Of a DNA stretch of 64,000 nucleotides, positions 27,061-37,753 are shown piece after piece (position 1 is the stretch's first letter; every line of letters begins with the position of its first letter). Made by a program: the position numbers and the translations under genes. The notes beneath the pieces are model-generated. The model did not search any database, was not told the DNA's origin, and worked only from the letters and a program-made list of their open reading frames with translations. Where the stretch lies: NCBI GenBank assembly GCA_018673485.1, contig JABHCP010000002.1, positions 1,502 to 65,501 of the forward strand, written 5' to 3'. This DNA comes from Candidatus Uhrbacteria bacterium (GTDB lineage: Bacteria; Patescibacteriota; Patescibacteriia; UBA9934).

Positions 27061-28962
27061 TTATTCAATTACCACGCCGCCTTCTACGCTTGCGTATAGG
27101 TCGTCTTCTAAGTCAGTTGTGAGTGAGTCGGTTTCGTCGGAGAGTGATTCGTCTGTTGAGGAGTCAGTTGCGGATAGGTCGGATCCTGAGATTAGTTTTA
27201 TAAAGCTGCCGATGTCGTTCGAGTCTGGTGTGATTGAGATTGAGAATTCACCTTGTACGTTTGAAAGCTCTAATGAGAGTGAATCAATGGTCCAGCTTAC
27301 GCTGTGTTCTGAGCTGTTGTAGTTGATAGATCCTAGGTCGCGTGTTGCGTTTCCTGCCCATACTACGTGTGGAGGCAGATCGGCACTTACGGTTATGTCC
27401 TCCAGATCGTGCAGGCTATTGTTGATTGTCCAGATAACTCGATAGGTGGTTGTTTGTCCGACTTGTGGTGGTAGTGGCCCGTTTCCAAGTGCTGCGCCAC
27501 TTTCTTCGTAGTATCGAACCGATGCTTGCAGGTCTGCTTGTGAGTTTATTGATACTTCCATTGGGGAAGAGAGAACTGTGCGTCCGCTGTAAGTAGTTGA
27601 TGCGATGACGTTGAAGTTATCAGCGTCACCAACACCAAGCTCTGAGTCAATAGGGAAGGATGTGTTGATGAGAATTTTCTCACCTGGCTCGATAGAGTCG
27701 AGCTGCCAGTAAATTCCATCACTTGTAATCGTTCCACTGTCGAGCGTTGAGCTGCTCCATGCAATTGGAATAGAATCATCTGCTTGAAAGTCTAGAAGAA
27801 CGGTTAAATTTTCGATTGGAGCGTCTTGTGTGTTCTCAAGACCGATGCTCATTCTTAGCGCTCCACCTACGTCAACGCTGGTTTCGTCAGTTGCGCCATT
27901 GGCTACTACCCGCACACTAATGTCATTTTGCATCACATCTGTATATGCTTGCGCAGTTGATTGTTCTACTTCGCGATTCTCGGTCATCAAATTTATAGCA
28001 ACATCAAAATATTGGAAGCTTTCAACGTTGGATGCAAATACGCCTGAGAATGTGATTTCTATTGTTTCAAGTGTGTCGATATATTCTATAGTCCATTGAG
28101 CTGGACCGCCGGCCTCGAGTTCTGGATCGCTGCTTTCTAAGTAAAATCCTTGGGGCAGATCCATTGAAACCAATACATTCTCAAAGGGCTCTTCACCAGA
28201 GTTCTCGACACTGATTGTGTAGTCGAGGTCTTCTCCGGCTGACGCTTCTTCTGGTCCTTCAATCGTTGCAACTAATGTACTTTCAAGCGTAGTCACATAA
28301 ACAACTGCAATGTCTTCGAAGTCAGAATTGAAGTTGCCAGGTTTGTAAGTTGCGTAGGCTTGCACTGGAGTTTCAGATGGCGCCTCAGCTATCCAAACGC
28401 CGTCGATGGTTATTTTATTATCCGTCATTCCAGGAATCGATCCTATTTCCCAGATAAGATCATCAAGGTTTGCCGGTTCTTGGCTAAATGAGTAGACACG
28501 GAACGCTGAAGGGAGATTGATGTCTAAATCAAGCGATGCAATTGGAACTGTTGTTGGGTTTGCGTATTGAATTTCAATTTGCGTTGTTTGTCCACTAACC
28601 AATTCTTCTTGCATGACAATGTCTAATGTGAAATTCTCGTCATGTGACACTTCAAAGAGTTTAGTGTAGGCGAAAAATCCAGCCCAAGAAGTTACTGCGA
28701 GTATTGATAGGATGACCACCGCTGCTATTAAGATGCGAGTAAGCTTGTTGCTGTTTCTGTCTAGTTTTTCAAAGTTTATTGCACCGTCGCCGTAAATTGC
28801 CTCGAGACCTTCGTCCATTAATTGCTCACGATCTTCTTCGGGAGTGTGATGAGTGTGTTTTGCGTGAGTGTGTGATTTTGCGGGAGCATCAGACACCGGC
28901 TTTTTTGTATGTGCCGGCTTTTTGTGTTTAGTGTGCGTTGTTTTTGGTTCCTTTGGTGTCAT
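27061..28962 (-). CDS. Membrane-anchored protein with Ig-like (DUF11-type) repeats
   Basis: His/Lys-rich N-tail, single TM, repeated YTISVENSG / LPQGF beta-sandwich patterns. Confidence 0.75.
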   Translation of the reverse strand: MTPKEPKTTHTKHKKPAHTKKPVSDAPAKSHTHAKHTHHTPEEDREQLMDEGLEAIYGDGAINFEKLDRNSNKLTRILIAAVVILSILAVTSWAGFFAYTKLFEVSHDENFTLDIVMQEELVSGQTTQIEIQYANPTTVPIASLDLDINLPSAFRVYSFSQEPANLDDLIWEIGSIPGMTDNKITIDGVWIAEAPSETPVQAYATYKPGNFNSDFEDIAVVYVTTLESTLVATIEGPEEASAGEDLDYTISVENSGEEPFENVLVSMDLPQGFYLESSDPELEAGGPAQWTIEYIDTLETIEITFSGVFASNVESFQYFDVAINLMTENREVEQSTAQAYTDVMQNDISVRVVANGATDETSVDVGGALRMSIGLENTQDAPIENLTVLLDFQADDSIPIAWSSSTLDSGTITSDGIYWQLDSIEPGEKILINTSFPIDSELGVGDADNFNVIASTTYSGRTVLSSPMEVSINSQADLQASVRYYEESGAALGNGPLPPQVGQTTTYRVIWTINNSLHDLEDITVSADLPPHVVWAGNATRDLGSINYNSSEHSVSWTIDSLSLELSNVQGEFSISITPDSNDIGSFIKLISGSDLSATDSSTDESLSDETDSLTTDLEDDLYASVEGGVVIE

Positions 28963-28964
28963 AT

Positions 28965-31577
28965 CTATCGTGCTTCAAATAGAGTAGAGAAGAAGTAGTC
29001 TTGCTGGTTGTTAACTTTAGCTCCTGAAGTTGTTAACTCATTTTGTGAGCTCCAAAGTAAATTGTGATTACTTGGTCCAAAAATGTTCACGCTAGTCTGC
29101 CGCGTTTCTACTCCAGGTTGCTTTTGTAAAAGTAGAGAGTATTCATTGAGCTGTTTAAGTCCAAGATATGCTTTTGCCATTTCCAAAATCGTTTCGCTGG
29201 TTTGTTCAAAGGTAAACGGTAATTGATACGTAAATGTGATGGTTTCTATTTCTCCAGGTTTGGTTTGAATCCAGTTTCCGAATACTGTTTTACCTTGCTC
29301 TGTCCAAATGTCTGTTCCAGAATTAAGGTCAAGCGCAAAGTCAGAGGTCCACAGTAGCATATCTTCATCAGCTTCAAGCTCAATATCTGAGGTCTTAAAT
29401 AAGTCACTGTCAGGAATCTCAAAGCCACTTGCACTTAGCAATTCGCTGCCTTGCGGTACGTATAGTCGAATGTAGTCAACGTTGTTGGCGCCTTCAAATA
29501 AAGCAGAGCTTAGTCCCATGTGTTCTTTTGTGATCGTTACAGTGTTGGTAATTGATCCGTTTTCTGCTATCTCGACGTCTACTTCAATGTCTTGCTTTAT
29601 GACAGTGTCAGTCTTTCCTCCTCCTAAGTTAGTGTTTACAACCATCAAGTAATCACCATCGGTTTGTTTGAGCGATCCAGACCAACCAAGAGTCTCAATA
29701 TCACTTTGCAGTTCGTTGTCAGTCATGAAGATCATCATGTCTTTTTGTGAAAGAGATGAAGAAAGTAGGTCAAGAACTTGCAATAATTCCTCAGGGCTCG
29801 CGGTACTTAGTCGCTCTAAAAGTTTTGGTGCTAGGTCGCCAATGAATTGCTTGGGTGCGTCTTCTTCGCGCTCAGTGTTTTGCTCGTATTGAGTGTATTC
29901 ATACTCAACGATCTTCTGTGTTTCAAATAAGAAGTTTTCTGATGTAATTGTGCGGTCATACTCAGGCATCTCGATTGGTCCAGTGATCGCAAGAAGTTGA
30001 GGTATTAGAGTTGCATTGAATGCAATTACTCCATCGAGCGTTGGTCCACCAGCACTTTCGTAAAATCCGAGCATTTTCTGAGCTGAGCTTGGAAAGTCTG
30101 GGAACCAGTTTGCGTCTTGAAGCTCCCATCTACTGTTGAGTAAAGTTAGCGGCTCAGGCGGTGCGATGTATTCATCAAGCTGACCTTGCATATCGTAGGT
30201 TCCGCCTTCAGGAATATCAATTTCACTCATTTGTCCGCCCAGCATATCGACTTGAGCAAAGCTTCCGATGAATCCTCCGGTAGCTCGCAGTTCTGTGTTG
30301 TTTTGGAATGCTAATAAGTATCGCATCTTTTGTTCTCCACCGATTATGATCTGCAATGTTCCTGAGAATTGTAGGAATTCGTTGATTGAAGTTTCAAGTG
30401 ACGGAGCAGTTTGGAGCAAAAGAGTGATTTTATCTTGATACTCAGCTGGGATGTATTCAAGATCAACTTTTTGCAATGCTTTGTTTGCTGCCACGACCTG
30501 CGGAAGGGCATTGTTCATGTAGGTAGTAAGCAATTCCAATTTTGTTGATAGTGAATATGAATCAGCCTCAGACAACTCTTCGATCGCAGTGCTAATAAGT
30601 GCAGCTGCTTTTGAAAGCGATGCGCCAGCACTGACCAGGCCTTGTACAGTTTCGTATGTGTTATCAGTTTGTGGAATGATGTTGACCAGTGCGGTTGCCG
30701 CTAGGTGCATGTTCTGTAGGGATTCCTGTGCGCTTTCAAAACTCTCTGCCGCACGTTCAAAGTCCAAGCTTGCTGTTGCGAATTCTTGAGCCTGAGCTGA
30801 GCTCGCAGCGCTTTCGATTTCAGTGATCGCTTTAGAACTAATACGCGTGATTTCAGATTCCACTGAAGTGCTATCAATGATCCCTTGCATTGCATGCAGT
30901 GGCATCACCAAGATAAATGAAACAACTAAAAACGCGGCCATCGCTCTGTGCCTGGCAGCTTTTGGAAGTAGTAAGTGAATGCGAGAGAATCGCTCAACTA
31001 ATGTTTCGGAACTTATTACCTTCTTGGAATCGTGGTCAACTTCTGATTCGATCTTTAGCAGTACATCTTCATCGTTAGTGATGATCACGTCTTGCACTAT
31101 CTCCTCCTCAATGACACTCCAGACGTCAGCGGTATCAACTTCAAGCTCTGGTAGCGCTTCGATCTGAGTGACTGATTTAACACTAGATTCAACTCGTACT
31201 TTCTTGATGATCCTTTCAGGCTCACGGAGTTGGTCACGAAGTTCATCAACAGAAAGTTCAAGCGCGTTTACTGGCGCGGTCGAGTCTGCGCTTTCGATTT
31301 GATCGAAATCATTTACCTGTGCAAGCTCACGTGCAAGTTGTGCGATGCGCTCCTGCTTTGTATCTTGCGCTGCAACTTTTTGATCCTTGCGTGATAGCTC
31401 GATTATGTAAGGAGAAACAGGTGCTGATTCAGATGTTCCTAATCTAATACCGGGGGACACCGATTCAGAGATGCCACGCTGCTTAAGTGATACCGGAAGC
31501 GCATCATCATAAAGCATAGACACCTTTGGTTGGTGCTTCTTCATTGCTTTACTGATTTGTTTTTTCTTCCGGGCCAT
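28965..31577 (-). CDS. DUF4012 domain protein
   Basis: YLLAFQNNTELRATGGFIGS, DANWFPDFP, NLGGGKTD, DYIRLYVPQGS. Confidence 0.9.
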   Translation of the reverse strand: MARKKKQISKAMKKHQPKVSMLYDDALPVSLKQRGISESVSPGIRLGTSESAPVSPYIIELSRKDQKVAAQDTKQERIAQLARELAQVNDFDQIESADSTAPVNALELSVDELRDQLREPERIIKKVRVESSVKSVTQIEALPELEVDTADVWSVIEEEIVQDVIITNDEDVLLKIESEVDHDSKKVISSETLVERFSRIHLLLPKAARHRAMAAFLVVSFILVMPLHAMQGIIDSTSVESEITRISSKAITEIESAASSAQAQEFATASLDFERAAESFESAQESLQNMHLAATALVNIIPQTDNTYETVQGLVSAGASLSKAAALISTAIEELSEADSYSLSTKLELLTTYMNNALPQVVAANKALQKVDLEYIPAEYQDKITLLLQTAPSLETSINEFLQFSGTLQIIIGGEQKMRYLLAFQNNTELRATGGFIGSFAQVDMLGGQMSEIDIPEGGTYDMQGQLDEYIAPPEPLTLLNSRWELQDANWFPDFPSSAQKMLGFYESAGGPTLDGVIAFNATLIPQLLAITGPIEMPEYDRTITSENFLFETQKIVEYEYTQYEQNTEREEDAPKQFIGDLAPKLLERLSTASPEELLQVLDLLSSSLSQKDMMIFMTDNELQSDIETLGWSGSLKQTDGDYLMVVNTNLGGGKTDTVIKQDIEVDVEIAENGSITNTVTITKEHMGLSSALFEGANNVDYIRLYVPQGSELLSASGFEIPDSDLFKTSDIELEADEDMLLWTSDFALDLNSGTDIWTEQGKTVFGNWIQTKPGEIETITFTYQLPFTFEQTSETILEMAKAYLGLKQLNEYSLLLQKQPGVETRQTSVNIFGPSNHNLLWSSQNELTTSGAKVNNQQDYFFSTLFEAR

Positions 31578-31585
31578 TTAGATCG

Positions 31586-32716
31586 TTACAGTAGTGATTG
31601 ATTATTATAAATATCAAGTGTCATCTTTGCTGTCTTTTTCCATGTGTATCCACGTGATACTTCTAGTCCGTCCTTTATGGATTGTGTGAATCTTTCAGGT
31701 TCATCTGCGCCTTGACGCATAAGTTCAACGAGCGCCTCTATATCATCTGGTTCAAAGTATTGCGCAGCGTGCTTGCAAACCTCTGGTATCGAGCTGGTGT
31801 TTGCGGCCGCGACTGGAGTTCCATAGCTCATTGCTTCAAGCGGTGGAATTCCGAACCCTTCAATCTTGGAAGGGAAGATGAATAGATTTGCATTTTTGTA
31901 TAACGCTGCAAGTTCTTCGTCAGTAGGTAGATCTATGAATCGCACAGCTTCTCCCTTAATTCCTAGCTCGTCTGCTTCTTTTTCTAGCCTGTGCGAGAAC
32001 ACGTCTCTGCGTCCTGCAATTACTAATTGAGTGTATGGATGATTCTTATGGAATTGCGCAAACGCGTGCATCATCATCTCGATGTTTTTGTGGGGGTATG
32101 CGTTACCGACGTATAAGAAGTACGGTTCGTATACACCCAGTGCGGTAAGGCTTACAGAGCGTGCCTCACGCGGTGGAATTACTCCATTTGGTACTACATT
32201 AATTTTGTCAGTTTTAACACCGAAGTGTTTTAGTATCGATTGTCTGGTGTAGTTTGAAACTGTCAGTATGTGGCGTGATTTGTGAATTGCATTTTCCAGA
32301 ACTACTCGAAACGCTGCGTGTTTGAAACCGTGCACTAGTGGACCCTTCGTTGTTGCTCTTGCGGAATAGGGAAGCTCGAGCATTATCAGGTCATGGATTG
32401 TGGCGATGAATGGCACTCGTGAGAAAATTGGAATGTTCCAGTGCGGGTAGTGCATGAAATCGACCTGTGCACGCTTTATGATTCCCGGCATCTTTCGTTG
32501 CTCCTGAATTGTGTACCAAGGAATGTCGACTAACTGCTTGGAAAAGTTCTTATTAGTGATTCGGCACTCGTGGAAATTTTCTTTGCGTAAAAAAAGAACG
32601 TACTGATTTTTGTGGTCCAAAACCTGCAAGTGGTTCACTAATTCAGCGACGTAACGACCAAGTCCGCCTCCTCCCACTCGGGGCCCATAAAATCTAGCAT
32701 CAATACCGATTCTCAT
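31586..32716 (-). CDS. Glycosyltransferase family 4
   Basis: MRIGIDAR, HKN, EGFGIPPLEAM. Confidence 0.93.
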   Translation of the reverse strand: MRIGIDARFYGPRVGGGGLGRYVAELVNHLQVLDHKNQYVLFLRKENFHECRITNKNFSKQLVDIPWYTIQEQRKMPGIIKRAQVDFMHYPHWNIPIFSRVPFIATIHDLIMLELPYSARATTKGPLVHGFKHAAFRVVLENAIHKSRHILTVSNYTRQSILKHFGVKTDKINVVPNGVIPPREARSVSLTALGVYEPYFLYVGNAYPHKNIEMMMHAFAQFHKNHPYTQLVIAGRRDVFSHRLEKEADELGIKGEAVRFIDLPTDEELAALYKNANLFIFPSKIEGFGIPPLEAMSYGTPVAAANTSSIPEVCKHAAQYFEPDDIEALVELMRQGADEPERFTQSIKDGLEVSRGYTWKKTAKMTLDIYNNQSLL

Positions 32717-33042
32717 TTGTGCTCATTACGACAATAGACTTCCGTTTTTTACTTGCCATGTTTGGCTGCAAAGCCTTCAGATCTCGTCAAGATAGTCCCA
32801 CTATCTCTCCTCGATCTTCAAACTTTTCGCCTAAACATTCCTACGTAAAAATTCGAAATCTATTTTCGTAATAAGCACTTACATTTTATCACGAATTGAT
32901 GTAACTTTAGTGCTCAAATGTGGGTAACAGTGGATAAATTATTACACACGTCGTGATTGACGTGAACACATATTTTTGATAGGCTTCTCCCTTGGCTTTT
33001 CAAGGTCGAGAAATCCTTTCAAACCGCATCACGGAGGTGCGC

Positions 33043-33657
33043 ATGAGCAAGCAGAGAATGGATCCTAACGCCGAAGAGCAATTTCGGGCTCGAGCGCTTC
33101 TCGTGTTGGGTATTTTCATGGTGGCCGTGTTCACCTATGTGGCCGTTGTGAGCGATCTGCCATTCTGGCCGCAGGGTCAGGGGGGCGCCAACGAGGCCGT
33201 CCAGGTCGAGCGGCCGGAGCAGATGACCTCGCCCTACGCGCAGTTCTGCTTCCTGATCCCCGACGGCCTCGAGCTGCCTGTGAGCGTCCAAGCCAAGACG
33301 GTGGGTGGACGCAGTGTTGATCACCATACGGAGATCCCACTTTTTGCTCAGGAGGCGGAGGGGTCGTATTGCGGTGAGGTGTATATCACACCTCAGTATC
33401 CTGTCATGATGGTCACGATCATTCGCGATCCGCACTACACACCCGACTTCGAGGAGCTCTGGGTTCATGAGTCGCCGAGTGATGCTCCTCGGCAGATCAT
33501 TTGCACTGACGAGAAGTGCGAGGTGTTGCTCTATGACAGGACCAAGGTGCTCAATGTGTTCGGTCTCGAGCCACCTCTGGTCGACGAGACACGGATCTAT
33601 GGGTTCACTCCGGTCGATGGCAGTGTTTGGATCTCGAGCGAGCCAAAACAAAACTAG
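33043..33657 (+). CDS. Hypothetical single-TM protein (cassette cargo)
   Basis: GGAGG SD, TTGACG-17-TAGGCT, GC-rich codons, 3' hairpin plus GTGCTTT. Confidence 0.7.
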   Translation: MSKQRMDPNAEEQFRARALLVLGIFMVAVFTYVAVVSDLPFWPQGQGGANEAVQVERPEQMTSPYAQFCFLIPDGLELPVSVQAKTVGGRSVDHHTEIPLFAQEAEGSYCGEVYITPQYPVMMVTIIRDPHYTPDFEELWVHESPSDAPRQIICTDEKCEVLLYDRTKVLNVFGLEPPLVDETRIYGFTPVDGSVWISSEPKQN

Positions 33658-33767
33658 CCCACCTTGCTGGGCAGACAATCGTAAACCCCACGGATTCGTT
33701 CCGCGGGGTCTTGTGCTTTAAATTTTTCACTTTTGTCCCGATCGGTCCATAAGTGAAAAATTATGGA

Positions 33768-34919
33768 TTATGATGATGGTTCGAGTGCTTTGATTGCCAT
33801 TAGTGTCCGACGGGCTGCGGCGTCCCAGGAGAAGATTCCTGGAATGTGGGCGCCGACTTCGTGTTCGTGTTTTAATCCTACGTCGATTGCGTGAACTAGA
33901 TCGTTTACATTGAATGGGTCGACGTATGTTACGTGCTCTTTTCCAACTTCTTGCATGGATCCAGTGAAGCTTGTTACTACATGTGTACCGCTGGCTATTG
34001 CCTCGACTATCGGTAAGCCGAAGCCTTCAAAAAATGATGGAAATAGGAACAGTTCGGCGTGCCTATAAAGTGTTGGTTTGTGTTTTTCTGGAATGTATCC
34101 AAGAACGTGAATATCATTTGTGTATTTTGAATTTTTGATGCGTTTGTGAAGATTATCATTCTTCCAACCTCGTCCGCCTGCAATCACTAGGTGCGGGACG
34201 GCAACCCCCTCCAGCTCCCCCTTGGGAAGGGGGAGGGTTGAAGCACGCCACTTTTCGTACGCTTCGACGATTGTCTCTATATTTTTGCGTGGTTCAAGAG
34301 TGCATAGACTTAAAATATATGGAAATTCAATATCGTGTTGTTTTAAATTGTTTGTGTCACAGGCTTGCTCTTTTGCTTTGAATCGATCATCTACTCCAAG
34401 TGGTGTAGTAACCATTCGATCCTCACCAACGCCCCACAAGGCGTTTAAGTTTTGCTTTGTGTTTTCTGACACTGTAAGAACGAGCTCTGCATGCTCGGCC
34501 AAATATCGTGGTCGTGCAGCTTTGTGCCAAATTCTATCTTTGACACGAAAGAAACTTGGAAAGAGCTCAAAGGAAAGGTCGTGCATGGTGATTACGTAGG
34601 GACGGTGCGTTTTGATGATGTTTATATTTGGGAAAAACCATAGATCTGGTTTTTCTGGTAAAAAATCTTCCAGTGTATGCGCTGTGAAATGAAGTTTTGC
34701 TGAAAGCGCACGATTGGGCATTTCGTGCTTAACGATTGTAATATTCTTTCCTGAAAACTTTGGAAGCTTAGAAAGTGTTTCCGGTGCTCCTGATGCAAAA
34801 AGAGTAAAACGATCATCCGGCGCAATTTTCGCCATGCGTTTTATAATTTCAATCGTGTACCGACCAATACCTGAATGTTGATCGGTCGTTAGATGTCGAA
34901 TGTCGATGGCGAGGTGCAT
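33768..34919 (-). CDS. Glycosyltransferase family 4
   Basis: TLEPRKN, EGFGLPIVEA. Confidence 0.92.
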   Translation of the reverse strand: MHLAIDIRHLTTDQHSGIGRYTIEIIKRMAKIAPDDRFTLFASGAPETLSKLPKFSGKNITIVKHEMPNRALSAKLHFTAHTLEDFLPEKPDLWFFPNINIIKTHRPYVITMHDLSFELFPSFFRVKDRIWHKAARPRYLAEHAELVLTVSENTKQNLNALWGVGEDRMVTTPLGVDDRFKAKEQACDTNNLKQHDIEFPYILSLCTLEPRKNIETIVEAYEKWRASTLPLPKGELEGVAVPHLVIAGGRGWKNDNLHKRIKNSKYTNDIHVLGYIPEKHKPTLYRHAELFLFPSFFEGFGLPIVEAIASGTHVVTSFTGSMQEVGKEHVTYVDPFNVNDLVHAIDVGLKHEHEVGAHIPGIFSWDAAARRTLMAIKALEPSS

Positions 34920-34991
34920 GGATCTAATGATTAAGTGTTTAAGTTGTTTAAGGTGTTTATTCGAAATAAACATTTTAGACATTTCATCAAT

Positions 34992-36107
34992 TTAAACAAT
35001 TCCCAAGACTTTCTTTCTGTGCTCTTCCCATTTATTTTGCACGTAGTCATGCATTTGTTTGTGATAGATTTGCGTTGAGAATTGCTTGGCGAATTCTCGA
35101 ATCTCCATTGGATCAAATTTTGTATGGTCAAAATGCAAAACCGTGTTTGCGATCTCTTCCCAATGTTGTTTGTCAAAAAATACTCCAGTTTTTCTATCGA
35201 TCACAGTTTCTGTCGCCCCACCTTTTCGGTAAGCGATCACTGGTCGGCCGGCTGCCATGGACTCAACTGGTGTAATTCCAAAGTCTTCTTCTTGAGGGTG
35301 CAAAAAAGCAATAGCGTCTTGAAAGAGTCGCGCCCGTTCCTCGTTAGAAACTCGACCCAAGAATTGAACATTGTCTCCTGCTCGCGCTCTTAAGTCTTTT
35401 TCGATTGGTCCAGAGCCAAAAACCTTAAGTGGTATACCAAGTTTTGTAAAAGCATCGATTACAAGGTCGTAGCGCTTGTATGGTACTAAGCGACCGCCAA
35501 TAAGATAATATTCTTTTGGAGTGTCAGTGACGCTGAACTGATCCACTTCAACGGGTGGGTGAATTACATCACTATCACGTCGATAGTATTTTTGTATTCT
35601 CCGTTTTACTGTTTCGGAGTTAGCGACAAAGAAATCAACACGATCAGCGGCGAGTCGGTCCCAGTTACGCAGGATACTCAGGATCGGGGGAAGAAGTTTT
35701 TTTATAGCTCTTGGAACTTTGAGCTCTTCAGTGTAGCTGTGAGTGTCTGACCACAGGTATCGTGTTGGTGTGTGACAGTAACAAATATGAAGAGCATCGC
35801 TTGATGGAATGACACCTTTAGAAAAAGCGCTGGTGCTTGAAACGATTACATCAAACTCTGAAAGGTCGTAGCTTTCAGTTGCTGTCGGCATGAGTGGTAA
35901 TAGCCAGCGAGAGCGTTTAAGCGCTCCAGGAATTTTTTGTAAAAAGCTGGTACGAATATCGCGATGCCCAAAGGAGGTGTCCATGATCGTTTTATCGTAT
36001 AACAGTGTAAAGGTTGGTGCGTTTGGCCAAATATTCTGCATGGCCTCAAGCACACGCTCAGCGCCACCGTTTTGGGTTAGATGATCATGTACTAAAGCTA
36101 CCTTCAT
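34992..36107 (-). CDS. Glycosyltransferase family 4 (mannosyltransferase-like)
   Basis: MKVALVHD..GGAERV, YCHTPTRYLW, EDFGITPVESMA. Confidence 0.93.
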   Translation of the reverse strand: MKVALVHDHLTQNGGAERVLEAMQNIWPNAPTFTLLYDKTIMDTSFGHRDIRTSFLQKIPGALKRSRWLLPLMPTATESYDLSEFDVIVSSTSAFSKGVIPSSDALHICYCHTPTRYLWSDTHSYTEELKVPRAIKKLLPPILSILRNWDRLAADRVDFFVANSETVKRRIQKYYRRDSDVIHPPVEVDQFSVTDTPKEYYLIGGRLVPYKRYDLVIDAFTKLGIPLKVFGSGPIEKDLRARAGDNVQFLGRVSNEERARLFQDAIAFLHPQEEDFGITPVESMAAGRPVIAYRKGGATETVIDRKTGVFFDKQHWEEIANTVLHFDHTKFDPMEIREFAKQFSTQIYHKQMHDYVQNKWEEHRKKVLGIV

Positions 36108-36213
36108 AGTAGATGTATTTAAGCACGCCAAAGACCTTTGGGCAAGGGTAAATTTAGTGTTCAAAACAATAAGACCCATCGGTCTGATAGGTCTTATATT
36201 AAATTTCTTGAAC

Positions 36214-37614
36214 TTAGTAAGCGCCTTTTCCGAAGATTACTACTATTGGTGTTTTGAAAAGTATTATCAGATCAAGCCATGGGCTCCAGTTTTGAATGTA
36301 GTGCATGTCGAGTTGAACCTCTTCGTCAAAGTCCAAGTCTGCTCGCCCACCAACCTGCGCCATACCAGTCATTCCAGGTTTTATAGTTAGGACTTGTTTT
36401 TGATGAGGTTTGTAGTCTGCTACTTCTTCAGGCATGTGAGGGCGAGGACCTATTAAGCTCATGCGGCCGATGAGTACCATGAAAAGCTCAGGAAGCTCAT
36501 CGATTGATAGCTTACGAACTATTCGTCCAACCTTTGTAATGCGCGGATCATGAGTGAGTTTAAATAGTGGAGTACCACCGCGTTCGTTGCCGTACTTTTT
36601 AATAAACTCAGGATCAAAGCGATACTTGTGTGCGTCCTTGATCATGGATCGAAACTTCAGGTGATTGTAGCTCTTACCACCTTGACCAACACGTTTGTGA
36701 ACAAAGAATACGTTTCCAGGTTGTTCAATGAATAGAGCGAGTGCCGCCACGATCATGAATGGGGAAGTTAGGGTGATGAAGATTAGAGCCATAATTACGT
36801 CGAAACCACGCTTCCAAATCGCTCCCCACCCATCAAGTGGAGTTTTTGGAACCTCGATAATTGGTTGTCCAGCAAGAGTGTGTACCACTGGCTTCACTGC
36901 GGCGCTTGGAAATACTTCGGCTAGGTAATAAAAGTTTAGCTGTTCGTTGTCTGAGAATGATTTCGCGTCACGAATTTCTTTTTTATCTACTTCGGGATTG
37001 GCGAGCATGATGGCGTCGACCATTCCTTTATTCTTTAAAGCAAGAATTTTATCTATGGTGCTATTAGTGAAGTGATTTGTGTGTTCAACAACCTCGAATC
37101 CGATTCGGGGATGCTTTTGGAAATACTTTTTAAGTGACTGGCCGGATTTTGTTTTTCCAATAATCACTATTCGTTGCAGTCCAATGCCAAAGTTGCGCAA
37201 TGATCTTTGTAGCATGCGGATCAGGTATCTCTCGACTGAAATAAAAACTATCGCAAATCCCCAGACAGCGAGCACGATGAATCGTGAGTCAAAAAGCTCA
37301 CGCGAGAAAAATGCTATTCCAAGCACAACGGCAATGCTCGCCGATACTGCCAAGACTATTCTTACAAATTCAGTTGCCAGGCGCATTTGTCGGATGACGT
37401 ATAGACCAGAGAATGCAAAGATCAGCAAAAAGACAAAGCCTGATAGCGTAGTAACTTTTATGAACGCATCAAAAGGAAGGTCGAACACTACCGGCCGAAT
37501 TTCGCGAATCATTGGCGAGAATCGTACCCAGTATGCAAAGCAGGCTGCACCAACGAGTACGATATAATCCAGTGGTAATAATAAAGCTGCAAAAAATAAG
37601 TTTACGCGTTTCAT
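36214..37614 (-). CDS. Polyprenyl-phosphate glycosylphosphotransferase (WcaJ/WbaP-type sugar transferase)
   Basis: N-terminal TMs; KRGFD, KFRSM, DPRIT, DELP, GPRP, KPGMTG. Confidence 0.94.
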   Translation of the reverse strand: MKRVNLFFAALLLPLDYIVLVGAACFAYWVRFSPMIREIRPVVFDLPFDAFIKVTTLSGFVFLLIFAFSGLYVIRQMRLATEFVRIVLAVSASIAVVLGIAFFSRELFDSRFIVLAVWGFAIVFISVERYLIRMLQRSLRNFGIGLQRIVIIGKTKSGQSLKKYFQKHPRIGFEVVEHTNHFTNSTIDKILALKNKGMVDAIMLANPEVDKKEIRDAKSFSDNEQLNFYYLAEVFPSAAVKPVVHTLAGQPIIEVPKTPLDGWGAIWKRGFDVIMALIFITLTSPFMIVAALALFIEQPGNVFFVHKRVGQGGKSYNHLKFRSMIKDAHKYRFDPEFIKKYGNERGGTPLFKLTHDPRITKVGRIVRKLSIDELPELFMVLIGRMSLIGPRPHMPEEVADYKPHQKQVLTIKPGMTGMAQVGGRADLDFDEEVQLDMHYIQNWSPWLDLIILFKTPIVVIFGKGAY

Positions 37615-37753
37615 AGTGTTCTAATTATAGCGCAGAAGGTAGAAGGTAGAAAGTAGAAGGTAGTGTCAAAACTAAAACTACATTCTACATTCTACTCTCT
37701 ACATTCTATTTCCTGAGCAACAAAACGCACCGCGGTTGCGATGCGTTTTGTTG

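Noticed and set aside
33019-33678. 219-aa minus-strand ORF and similar antisense ORFs (9481-9996, 38367-38912, 16637-17014)
   Set aside because: Shadow frames of GC3-rich genes; the opposite strand has the SD, promoter and terminator
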